Assembly: GCA_002104905.1 (NCBI GenBank)
Contig: MCFE01000118.1
Location: 62,001 to 126,000 of the forward strand
DNA from: Basidiobolus meristosporus CBS 931.73
Lineage: Eukaryota; Fungi; Basidiobolomycota
Length of the DNA: 64,000 nucleotides
Direction: 5' to 3'
Part shown: positions 23,775 through 35,570 of the stretch, piece by piece
Numbering within the stretch: position 1 is the first letter of the stretch
Layout: the number at the start of each line of letters is the position of its first letter
Notes under the pieces: model-generated
Databases searched by the model: none
The model's input: the letters and a program-made list of their open reading frames with translations, nothing else
Told to the model about the DNA's origin: nothing
Made by a program: the position numbers and the translations under genes

Positions 23775-26700
23775 GAACACTTCAGGTAAGTTGCAAATGC
23801 ACATTCTCTGATGATCTTAAATGGTCTTGTCCATTGTGGCTCAAACTTCTTCTGAGTGTTGTTTCTTAGCAATACAAAGCTCCCAACTGTCAATGCTTCT
23901 GGTGCTATAGTCTTATCAAATCATCTTTTCTGCACTTTGAGATACTTTGGTCTGTGCCTCTTGACGTCTTTGTTCCAGTTGCTGGTGTCTACTTGGCTGA
24001 CTAAGTTCATCTTCTAAGGTATCAGTAAGCTTGGGTTGTGTGAGATCTCCTGGAATCCTTGGTTCACATCCATACACTAAGTAAAATGGTGATTGCTGGG
24101 TGGTGTTGTGTACCCGGACTCTGCATGCAAAGAGTGCTTGGTCTATATACTCATCCCATCTACTGACAACTCCATTTGAATACTTGGTCTGCATTTTTCC
24201 AAAAAATCCATTAAACCGCTCTGTGACTCTGTTAGTTCTGGGGTGATATGCTGAGGTTTTCAAGTGTCTGATCTGCTGCATTTCCAGGTAAGCCTCTAAT
24301 GTCTTTGCCATAAAGTTTGCACCTCTATCAGATAAGATCTCCACAGGGTATCCAAATTTAATCAGGATCTAATGGTAAATAAAACTTGCAACTTCTTGTT
24401 CACTGGCTATTGGTACAGCTTTAGCAATTGGCCATTTAGTGGCATGGTCAATTGCTACTAGGATCCAACGGTTGCATTTCCTGGTGGTTGGCAGTCTTCC
24501 AATAAAGTCAATTCCCCATCTCTCAAATGGTCTTACAGGCTCCAAAGGGAAGAGTTTGGCAATTCTTTGTGGCTGGCATTCATTGATTTGGCAGTTTGGG
24601 CATGTTTTTACTAGCTTCTCAATGTCTTGTTTCATTCTGGGCCACCATGCTCTGGCTTTCACAAGGCTATAGGTTCCTTCAATCCCAAGATATCCATATC
24701 CATTGTGTAGCTTATGTATTAAATCCAGGCAAGCAACATAAGGACAATAGGCAATAGGGCTTCCATCAACAATTTGGTAGAGTGTTTCATCCTGTACTAC
24801 AAATTTGCTGGCTTCATCACAAATTATCTTCTTGATATCTTCATCCACCTCATTAGGAATGGCTTGGTCCTCCAAGTACTTTGGTAATAGGCTAGGCCAA
24901 TCTGATTCATGCACCAGGTTGAGTTGTGCAACTTGATCTAATCTTGGTAAGGCATTAGCAACCGTGTTGTTTTTTCCAGGGCAGTAGACAATCTCCAGGT
25001 CAAATTGCTGAATGTATTCACTCCATCTTGTCATTCTTCTAGAGAGTACCTTCTGAGTAAATATATACTTGACGGAGGCATGATCAGTCTTCACAGTGCA
25101 TTTGACTCCTTCAATATAGCATCTCCATGTCTTCAAACAGTGTATTACAGCAAGCATCTCCTTCTCATGGACTGGATAGTTTTGTTCTGCTAAGTTCAGT
25201 TTCTTGGATTCAAAGGCAGCAGGGTAGTCCTTTCCCTTGTGTTCTTGGCTCAGCACTCCACAAATTGCATAATCTGAAGCATCTGTGCACAGAGTGAACT
25301 CTTTTCTGTAGTCTGGTATTCTTAAGCTTGGCAGCTTAGCAAGTTCATTCTTGAGCGTCTGGAAGGAATTCTCACAAGCTATGTCCCACTTGTAGGCATT
25401 GTCTTTCTTGAGGATATCAGTTAAAGGGGCTGCAATACTTGCAAAAGACTTGACAAATCTCCAATAATAGGAAACCATTCCAAGGAATGATCTGAGTTCT
25501 GATATGCTATGGGGCTGCTTCAAATTCTTGATAACTTCAACCTTCTTAGGGTCTAAGGTCAGTCCTGTGCTAGTCACTATGTGTTCCAGGTATTCAACGT
25601 GTTCCTTGAAGAATTCACACTTGGCTAGCTTGCCATATAGCTTGTTCTCTCTTAGTTTCTTCAAGACCTTATCAATGTGCACTAAGTGATCCTCTTCTGT
25701 CTTGCTGTATATCAATATGTCATCCAGGTAGATTATCACAAACTTGTCTAAGTACTCCTGAAAGGCAGTCTGCATCAGCGTCATGAATGTTGCAGGGGCA
25801 TTAGTGAGGCCAAAACTAATGACTAAGTACTCATAATCTCCATATCTGGTCCTAAATGCTGTCTAAGGAATATCTTCTGGTTTCACCCTAATTTGGCTCT
25901 ATCCTGACATGAGGTCAATCTTGCTGAAAATAGTGGCTCCATTAAGTTGGTCCAAAAGCTCATCAATCCTAGGTATGGGGTACTTATTCTTGATGGTAAC
26001 TGAGCTCAGGGCTCTGTAGTCAATGCACATCCTAAGTGTTCCATCTTTCTTTTTCACAGAAAGCACTGGTGCTCCCCAAGGTGACTTGCTGGGTCTGATG
26101 TATCCTTGCTCCAATAGCTGATCGATTTGTCTCTTCATTTCCTCCAACTCCAATGGACTCATTCTGTAAGGTGTCTTGCTCACTGGAGGGCTATTTCCTG
26201 TGTCAATGGCATGATCCACATCTCTGACTGGTGGTAGGCTTACAAGCTCATCTGGGAACATGTCTGAATATTTCTTCAAGAGAGACTGGACCTGCTGGGG
26301 TGCTGGGGTAGAGGAATCCTCCTGTAATACCGCCATGAGGAGCATCTCAGTACCTTTTTTAAGCGCTCTACAGAACTGGGTCTTGCTAAGTTCAGTTGTC
26401 TCACACACACTGGAATTGACCAAGTTGAAATCCAGCCTGGCAGGTAATAGCTTATAGGTCTTGTTGTCCTTTTGGATCTGAGTAGCATGAGTTCTCCAGT
26501 TGATTGATGGATTACAACAAAATAGCCAGGTTTTTCCAAGTACAAGGTCAAACTTGCAGTTCCCAAATATATAAGCCTGTAGGTCTTCTTCATAGTCATT
26601 GATCTTCATTCTTACTGGCTGGGTAATATGGTTGATTATGTGGCAGTTCCCATCAGCTGTGGAGACTGAAGTTGATTTGGTAGGTTCCAAGTTGATTCCA

Positions 26701-28193
26701 GCTTTCAAAGCAAATTGCTCTGACATGTACTCATGCAATACTCCTGAGTCAATCATGATCTTGGCAGGTACTCCATTGATTACTCCATTCAAGTATAATA
26801 GCTTTCCTGAGTTTGAGGTCATCTGGGAAAGGTATTCTTCTGTGATGTGGAAGGTGAGTTCTGAGTCTTCTTCAAGCTCATCTTCCACATTACTGTGCTC
26901 ATGGGACTCAATACGGTTGAAGGTTCTTGTTGGCTGGTGTCCAATTCTTCTCTGAGGGCAGTACTTTGCAATATGTCCCTGCTGGTGGCAATTGAAGCAA
27001 AGTCCTTTCTTCTTGCATTCTTCTGAAGAGGGATTCTTCTGCATAGCGTCTATTTCCATTGGTACTGCTTCTGATTGTCTTCTTTCATAATGATTGTAGC
27101 CTTTCTGATTAGTCACTGTAGGCTTCCCAACTCCAAACATAGCTGAGTTATAGTCAATTGCAATCTTGATGGCTTCTTCAATAGTCTGAGGTCTTTGGTA
27201 ATCCACTTCCTTACAAGTTCTTTCTTTCAACCCATCAATAAAGTATTCAACTTGATCCAAGGGGTCCATTCTTTCAATTTGTCCAAGTAGACATCTGTAC
27301 TCATAGATGTATTCTTGCACTGTTCCTTTCTGTCTGAGTGTCTTTAACTTCCTTCTTAGTAGTGTCTGCTGGTGTGGAGGTTCAAAAGCATCCTGAATTT
27401 CCTACACAAACTCATCCCAGGTAGAGATTGTAGAGCATCCCATCATAGTGGCTGACCTGATCTTGTTGTGGTACCACTGTAAGGCTGCATCTGCCAGGTA
27501 AGAAGCTGCATAATGCAACTTGCTTTCTGGAGCAATTCCTTTAGCTTTAAAAGCTTCTTCAATCTGGAAGAGCCAAGTTCCCAGGTTTTCATTGACTCTG
27601 CCATGGTACTGGTTGACCTTCACACTAAAGTTGCTCTTGACAGGGCTTTGCTGGCTCTGAGCCATGGTAGTCATTCCTTGTTGCTGTTGGCTGAGGATCT
27701 GGAGTAACTGTTGCTGTTGGGCCAGGATTTGCTGCATGGCATTCTTCCATTCTTGATTGTCTGACATCTTGAGGGTGTTTTCTTCTTTCTTTAGGAGGGA
27801 GGTTTCTGATTATTGCTGCTACCAATGTTACAAGTCTTGGTATAAGAGTTGTAGAGGAATAAGGGGTTTAGCTAGTATTGTACTCACTAAAACTTGAACT
27901 GATTTTTATTGAGGTTCCATCAGCTCCTTATATACATTTTGCCAGATCAATTGCTGACTAATTGTATTTCCTAGTGTAGGTTGTGGCTGATGACTCATTT
28001 GATTGCATCATCATCACCCAATAAGATCCTACTTAATATATCTATTTCTGTCTGATAAGGATCTGCTGATTCATTTGCTGACTAATGCTACTGATTTCAT
28101 TGATAATACTGATACACTGATAACCTAAACATATACTACTTGATTTGACTAAAAACTGATCTAACTTAAACATTCTAGCGGCAGATCCTAACA
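23775..28193 (-). mobile_element. Ty3/gypsy family C copy 1 (5' LTR 27826-28193, gag-pol to integrase C-terminus, 3' LTR missing)
   Basis: PBS TGGTAGCAG at 27816-27824. Gag 'WLFQIEEAF...AALQWY', CCHC '[14 protein letters not shown]', PR 'MIDSG', RT '[10 protein letters not shown]', '[10 protein letters not shown]', RH 'DASDYAICGVL', IN 'GIDFIGRLP', 'SDRG', 'NRVTERFN'. The order PR-RT-RH-IN defines gypsy. Confidence 0.94.
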
Positions 28194-29341
28194 CTTGATC
28201 CAACAGCTCATCAATCTAAGGTATAAGGTACTTATTCTTCACAGTAACTGAGTTGAGGGCTCATCCTTCATGTTACCATGCTGAAGGCCTTCAAAATAGG
28301 TGAAGTTCTTGTAGACTGGTGTCCATTTCTTCTTAGAGGGCAGTACTTTGCAATATGTCCTTGCTGGTGTCAATAAGAGCCAAGTCCTTTCTTCATACAT
28401 TCCTCTGAGTTGGGATTCTTATGCATAGCATCAAATTCCATTGGCACTGCATCTGATTGTCTTCTTTCATTGTTGCTATTGCCTTTCTGAAAAGTCATTC
28501 AGAACTTCCCAACTCCAAGCATAGCTGAGTCATAGTCAATGGCAATCTTGATGGCTTCTTTAATAGTCTAGGGTCTTTGATAATGCACTTTCTTAAGAGT
28601 TCTCTTGTGCAACACATCAAAGAAGTACCAAACATGATCCAAGAGGTCTATTCATGCAGTTTGTCCTGGTAAACATTTATAATCATAGGTGTGCTCTTGA
28701 ACCATTCCTTTCTGTCTGTATGTTTTTAACTTCCTTCTTAATAATATCTGTCAGTGTGGGTGTTCAAAAGCATACTGAATTTTCAACACAAACTCATCCT
28801 AGGTAGAGATTGTAGAGCATCCCATCATGGTTGCTGAGCTGAACTTGTTGTGATACTAATGAAAAGCTGCATCTACTAAGTAAGAAGCTGCATTATGCAA
28901 CTTGCTTTCTGGAGCAATTCCCATTGCCTTAAAAGCTTCTTTAATCAGGAGGAGTCAAGTTCCCAGGTTCTCATTGACTCCACCATGCTACCAGTTGACC
29001 TGCAAACTTAAGATTCTCTGAGCCATATTTTACTGCTTCTGGCCCATGGTAGTTGCTCCTTGTTGCTGCTGGCTGAGTATCTGGAGTATATGCGGCTGTT
29101 GGGCCTGGACATAGCATTCTTCCATGCTTGATTTTCTGACATATTGAGGAAGGCTCCTTATATACATTTTGCCATATCACAGGCTGAATAATGGTATTTC
29201 CTAATGTAAGGTGTGGCTGCTGACAAATTGGAATACATTGTCATTACCAAATTAGATCCTACTTAATTGATATATTCTTGTCTGATAAAGATTTGACTAA
29301 TAACTGATCTAACTTGTCCATTCTAGCAGAAAATCATAACA
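28194..29341 (-). mobile_element. Older, internally deleted gypsy C-related copy (partial 5' LTR ~29150-29341, gag, RT sliver)
   Basis: Diverged homolog of 26000-28193 with two large deletions. Confidence 0.75.
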
Positions 29342-30415
29342 TTAATATTTTTAGGTGCCTCCTGGTGACTTGCAACCATTATCAAGTTGTCCACATAAAA
29401 AACAGGATAATCATTCTCCATGAGCTGTTTTGCATATTTATTGTGATCTGCAGTCATACAAATCTACTCAATTTTCAATAGATAGGTGTCAATCCTGTTT
29501 TACCATTCTCTATATACCTCCTGAAGGTCATACAACAGTTTTCTACATTTGCACAACTTACAGCTGCCTTTTGGGTTGATAAAACCTCCTAATTGTTCCA
29601 TACATATAACTGCCTGCATATCCCCATTAAGAAATACTATTTTAAGATCCATATGGCACAAATCTATACTAGGTACAGTAGTCAGGGCTAGAGCAGTATA
29701 AAATGTGTTACAGTTGGCTACCAGAGCTAGTGTTTCCTTAAAGTATAGTTCCAGGATAGGGGTATAGCATTTTGCAACCTGTCTAGTTCTGATCTGGAGC
29801 TGGTTGAGTTGCTTCCATATCTGGCCATGTTAGGTACATATCTTGCTTGTTTGTGATGATTGCATCATCAAGCAGCTGGTCAATACCCTCAATGGCTTTC
29901 AGATACAAATTCTCTCCAAGTACAACATCTATTTATATGATCAGCTTCTGAATTTTGCAATCATATACTCTACACCCTATAGTATGTTTGCAATAGCCAA
30001 GAAAGACCCCTTTTTTACTTTTTGGTGCTGGCGGCCTAGTTTTTTGGCCCATATATTGCTCAAAGGGTAAATAATACATAGTGCTGATGAGAGGTATTAA
30101 TTCTTGATGTACACTGCCATAGCACTAAATTGAGTCCAAAATATGTAGTACATTCCCTTATCATGTAGCATGGGTATACCCAACTCTACTATTGTACTAT
30201 TTGCTTGCTTGGCTACTCCATTTTTCTGAGGAGTATGTGGAGCAGTAGTGTGCTAAAGCACATCAGCAGTTAAGCAGTACTTTGCAAACTCCTTGGAACT
30301 GTATTACCCTTCATTGTCACTTTGAAGTACATTCAATTTTCACCCATTTTGTGTATCTGCCATGTTCTCAAGGTGCTTAAATGCTTCAAGAGCCTCATTT
30401 GTTGCCTTGAGGAAG

Positions 30416-32016
30416 TGTGGTCACAGAAGGTGTTCCATCACTACAATATCTCAAAACCAATATTGCACACAATTATTTATTTGCATTTGGATATTGTAAC
30501 ATACAAATGACCAATCAAGAAATTTCTTCTTTGGAGGACAAAACTCAGGACCCTGAAAAAAAGTTCTCCAAAGAGTATTTTCTTTTGCAGAACACTCAGT
30601 AGCCAACACATGTTCCAGACTACAGCTCATTTAAAGCAGTATTTAAGGAGTCATGATCCAGAATCCAATATCATATATGCTAGTCCTCTATTGCTGGGAT
30701 TACTATGGTGACTTTGATTGAATGTGACTTTTGTACCAGCCAGTCAAATCATATGGTATTTTCACTGGTGCTGCATCTGTGTCTGATTTTGCACCACTGC
30801 AGAGCTTTAGTTTTGCATCAAATATATTGCTTGCGCAATTGCCCAAGGACATTGGTCCTTCAGAATTCTCATATATAGGACTTTCTCAGCTGAAAACCAA
30901 AAGTCAGCCTCTTTTTCCAGAATCTCCATACTACAATTACAAGCTTAAAGGTTATAAGACCTCCCCTGCATCACTTGCACTGTTGCATATTCCAACATTG
31001 ATTGGGCACTTTTGAGTATTTTGACTTTGATTGGTACCGCATTGGTAAAGGGACTGCAAAGCTTACAGGAATCAATATAAGTTGTACAAGAAACTGCAAC
31101 TTTTTTATTGAAAAGCCCATGATCAGAGACTGCTTTACTCTTAAGACACACTTTGAGAAGTTATGAGAGTCTTGGACATGTTGGAAGTGACTTGGGAGGA
31201 TAAATAAATAATGTGATTTTCACTTAATGATTTATTGAAGGTACAGTAGTATTATTTCATTTACATAGTCTTGGCATAAAAAGCACAAAGAATAGGTTTA
31301 GGAAAGTCCCAAGAGCAAGTGTGGAAAGTTTGGAGCTGCTTGGACAACTTTGAGAATTTTCATGTTCTGAATACCTGGTATTTAGGTGAAAATATTTTGA
31401 GTAAATCCCAACAAGAAATTTGGTCAGTATTCTCTAGGATTTGAAGGTGATGATCTAAGTGACTAAGTTAGGTGAAAGACCAGGTAGAATCTCCAATTCT
31501 ACAATATTAGAAACCCCTTTGGAAATCCCTTTGAGAAAACCTCCACTCAAAAGAAGCCCCTGTAGGCACCCTACTATTGCAAAGTCCACTTTATAGACCA
31601 CTGTAAGCTGCCACTTTGCTCTAAAGACATACCTTTTGATACACTTTCAGGTCTCTAGTCCCTTTAAGATACCTCTACACCACATCCCTGAAGGTTCCAA
31701 ATGAGTTCTTATGGTACAATTACAAAAATATTCTTTCAGAAAGGCAAGCAACTCCCAGATCAGGAAAAGTTACTAAAAAATTAAATTAGCCCAACGGTTG
31801 ACTGAAGGTCAGAACTCTGCAATAGGAGTGGGAAACACTGCCTATGGTATATCTTGAGCCTATGATTAAGGATATCAGTGAGAGTTAAATCTTCTATTGG
31901 TATATCAAGCTCCTCATAAGCTATGGTACTATTGACATAGTGGAAGTTTTTATATATTATTGATTTACCTTTGTATTATAGAACAAGCCCCAAACTAATC
32001 TCAATCTAGCAAAATA
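30416..32016 (+). mobile_element. Orphan solo LTR 'X', older copy, 4-bp TSD GAAG/GATG, containing a solo LTR A
   Basis: Colinear with 55748-56990. Starts TGTGGT. The host integrase rejoins across it. Confidence 0.8.
31159..31506 (-). mobile_element. Solo LTR, copia A (348 bp), TSD TGAGA/TTAGA
   Basis: Reverse complement of the LTR at 3896-4244; absent from the LTR X copy at 55748. Confidence 0.85.
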
Positions 32017-33444
32017 GATGGACACCTGTGTACATCCTGTCTTATCATCAATAAACATCATAAAGTATTTCTTGGTTCCAAAGGACAGTGTTCTCATGGG
32101 CCCACATACTCATGAGCGCAGAATAGCCAGTATCTTTGCGGTCTTAATGCCTCCTGAGCTCCTGATGTGTTGCACTGCTTGTTTGCCATATATGTATCCC
32201 TAAAAGACACTAAACGCTACTGGAATAGAGGAATCTAGGCCCAAGATAAGTAGATTCTTCAGGTCTTCTATGCCACATCTCCCAGTAGGTTTTGTAAGTT
32301 TTAGCAGTGCTAACAGATTCAGGTACAATGCCTTTGCATTTTGACTTGTATACACTGTGGTCTCTGATTCCCACAGCTGATTTTTGTCCATTCTCACTCA
32401 ATATTGAGTAGCACAGCTTGGGAAAAATACATTTCAGCCTCTGGGTAGTAGCTTTACTCACTGAGAGTAGGTTCTTAGCTATTTCAGGCTAATGGAGTAT
32501 GTTGGTCAGTTTTGCTGTTGTTGCCCCTAAGATCTCACTCATACATAGCTGTATAGCCCACTGGTTGTGGCTTCCAGTGCTGAGTTGTCTCCCAGATAAA
32601 CCTTTCTTGTAGGAATAGTCTTGACGCTGCTGAACCACTCCTTCAAGCTAGAGATATGCTGTGATGCTTCAGAGTCAAAATACCATTCATTACTACAGTT
32701 ACTTGCACTCTCTTGTACAGTCACAATTAGCTGTACATCTGTAGTTATATGGCTTGCCTGCTTTAGTTTCTGTTTCTTATGTACCAGTTTTGTCTTGAAT
32801 TCTCTTGCCCAGTGTTCTAACTTCTTATAATAGCAACAGTAGCCAGATTTTATTTGGCTCTGTTGCTTCCCCTTCTTTTCTGTGTGCCTTTGTGAGCTGA
32901 TTGAAGCCTTATCTTTAATTTTCTCTACTTAGATATTATATTACATTATCAAAATAATCTAAAGTCAGATTGTCTTTCCACTTTCAAAATATGGCATGAG
33001 TGGCTCATACTTGTCTGGTAAGCAGCAAGGCAGAGAGTATCTCTTCTTTATCAACCATTCCGGCATCAATAGGTAATGTTTGTCTGCAAGTGACTCCATT
33101 CTGATAATATGTTGTAGCATGTTATCCTCTGGCTTTGTCCTCATTTTGAAGAACTTACTTTTCAAGTATAGCTTGATTAATACTTGCTTTACTCTAAAGA
33201 TTTTGCCTAAAGTTCCTAAGCTGCTTTGGCAGTATCAGAAGCTTGAATTGTCAAACTACCAAATCTAGCACATTGATACATATGGCATTAAAGGCTTTTC
33301 TCTCCTTGTCTTGAAACTTTCAACTTATTCTGCTGTTTCTTTGAGCTCAACTTACTCTCCCGTTACTGTATTTCAAAGCTTTTGTTACTCAAGGTGGATC
33401 AACATTTTGATTTTTCCAAATAGTCCAATATTTCAGCAAAGTCC

Positions 33445-33640
33445 TTCTAAGCCAGTGACTGGAAAGTGTAAGAGAACAGCTGCAGCTCTCACTAAATATA
33501 GACATTAGACCAGTTTAGCTACACTCCAGTCAGGTAGATGAGCTTGCAGACAATGGCAAAGTCCTACCACTGCCTCAGCATCCTACATTGTAGATGCAGT
33601 GGCAATCCCACTGTGTGACAAAGCAACAATTACTTTGGAC
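33445..33640. mobile_element. CMC ORF2 fragment
   Basis: 'cagtttagctacactccagtcaggtagatgag...cccactgtgtgacaaagcaacaat' matches ~18065-18185. Confidence 0.6.
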
Positions 33641-33689
33641 TGTGTATAAGGAATGCTGCTGGACAAAGAATCTGTAAATCAAGTGCTAA

Positions 33690-33965
33690 TTAGTACAAAT
33701 ATTGATACAGCCAAGAACAAACTTCCTATAACAAAGGTACAGTGGCTGCACTCAGTTTCAGCTTACAATTTTGGATGCAGATTTACAAATCAAAATGGTG
33801 CCCATATTGCTTTGAGCATTAAAGATCTAAATCTGTACAAATTGCCCTCTACTTTTCATATCTGGAAGCCAGTGTAAGTGACTGAAATGAAGAAACTACA
33901 ATTCACTGGCACAGGCTATTAGGACATATCAATTCTGATTATTTGCACTAAGTAATCAAATATTA
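33690..33965 (+). pseudogene. copia A protease/pre-integrase sliver
   Basis: 'caattttggatgcag...caaaatggtgcccatattgct' matches ~5310-5560. Confidence 0.65.
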
Positions 33966-33970
33966 GCCTA

Positions 33971-34562
33971 TGTGTTTCACTCACCATGCTGGAGAAGATC
34001 CATTATTTGACCTTTTTTTTTGACCAATGTTTTACAGAGTGTGTAGGAGCACAAAAGAACTGAAGAAATGCATCTGGTACCCAATACCCATGGCACTCTG
34101 AATCTAGCTCCTGTGGCTTGTATCATGTCACAAAAATACATGATACTGTCTTGGTCCACTGGTATTATCAGGCAATATATTTTGGTATTAGCCCTAAAGT
34201 AGGACCTATACAAAGCACATACAGTGCTAGATAGTACCAGTGGACCAAGATAGTGCCATGTATTTTTGTAACATGATACAAGCCACAGGAGCTAGATTCA
34301 GAGTGCCATGGGTATTGGGTACCAGATGCATGTCTTCAGTCCATTTGTGCTCTTACACATCTTGCACACTATTGATCCAAAAAAAAGTCAAAAAATGGAT
34401 TCTCTCCAGCACACTGGGTAAGACAGGGGCTGCTTTGGATGAAGATGAAGAGCTATGCTTCACACTCTGTGGCAAAGTATAGGCTCACTTGACCTCCCCA
34501 ACACACAATGGCATCATTTGGCACTCATAGCCCAATGTGGCACTATCCAACAGAACAAGTCT
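33971..34562. mobile_element. Foldback MITE (PHIS TIR), left end truncated
   Basis: Homolog of 42047-42780 with the loop in the opposite orientation. Right TIR '...ggcactatccaacagaacaagtct' is followed by ACT. It abuts the copia B 3' LTR. Confidence 0.88.
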
Positions 34563-35003
34563 ACTACATATTTGTGGTAAAAGTGCATATTTTTCATTGA
34601 CTATAGGCAAATAATTGTAGGATCATAGATCTGAAGAAAGTGGCAGAGTTATGGCTGTAAGTTAGTCCTACAGTGACCAATACTAGTCCAGAATTTTCGA
34701 GTAAATTTTAGCTGCTGAATGATCCCAAATAGTACAATATTTCAACACTCCCCTTAACTAGAGAATTTCTTGATCCTAATTCCGCTCTGAGATTCTGAAA
34801 TTGGGGTCTAGCTAGTAGGTTTGTCAAGGTATTGGCCGCCATTTAGTCAGTTGGGCAGTAAGCTAACTCTACTAAGCTATTTTTGGCAGCTTCCCTCACA
34901 AAGTGGAGTTGTATATCTGTGTGCTTAGTTCTGGTGTGATTGTTAGAATTTCTAGCTAATGAAATACCACTTTGATTACCCTTGTAAGTATATGTTGATA
35001 TAT

Positions 35004-35372
35004 TGTTAATATCTGCCACTTGAATGTTTAAGTTGCATCAGTTTTTAGTCAAATCAATTAGTTATATGTTTAGGTTATCAGTATATCAGTATTATCTACC
35101 ATATTAGTGACATTAGTCAGCAAATGAATCAGCAGATCCTTCTCAGACAGAAATAGATATATTGAGTAAGATCTTATTGGGTGATGATGATGCAATCAAA
35201 TGAGTCATCAGCCACAACCTACATTAGGAAATACAGTTAGTCAGCAATTGATCTGGCAAAATGTATATAAGGAGCTGCTGGAACCTCCGTAAAAATCAGT
35301 TCAAGTTTTAGTGAATACAATACTAGCTAAACTCCCTATTCCTCTACAACTCTTATACCAAGACTTGTAACA
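35004..35372 (+). mobile_element. Solo LTR, gypsy C (369 bp), 4-bp TSD ATAT
   Basis: TGTTA...GTAACA. Reverse complement of 35571-35938. ATAT at 35000-35003 and 35373-35376. Confidence 0.9.
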
Positions 35373-35570
35373 ATATATGAATTAAACCTTAAGTCCTTGG
35401 ATAGTTTTCTTAGCCATATAGCCTCCTTTGTTGCTTGATAAGCAGCAATATATTCAACTTCAGTTGTAGACAGGGCCACGGTTGGTTGTTTCTTGCAGTG
35501 CCAGGTAATAGCTGCACCAGAATGAAGAAATACATACCCAGTGGTAGAGTGTCTGTCAGTAAGATCTATA

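Larger units (their letters stand above)
29342..33440 (-). mobile_element. Degenerate copia B copy (gag to RT), integrase split by LTR X
   Basis: Integrase reads 'VCGPMRTLSFGTKKYFMMFIDDKTG' (32030-32120) and resumes 'FLKATNEALEAFK...HTPQKNGVA' (30415-30200) across the insert. Gag is similar to 48760-49200. Confidence 0.8.

Noticed and set aside
27816-27824. Definite tRNA assignment of the gypsy C PBS
   Set aside because: TGGTAGCAG matches only 9 nt of an initiator-Met-type 3' end and is mutated in copy 2; it cannot be confirmed without host tRNAs.
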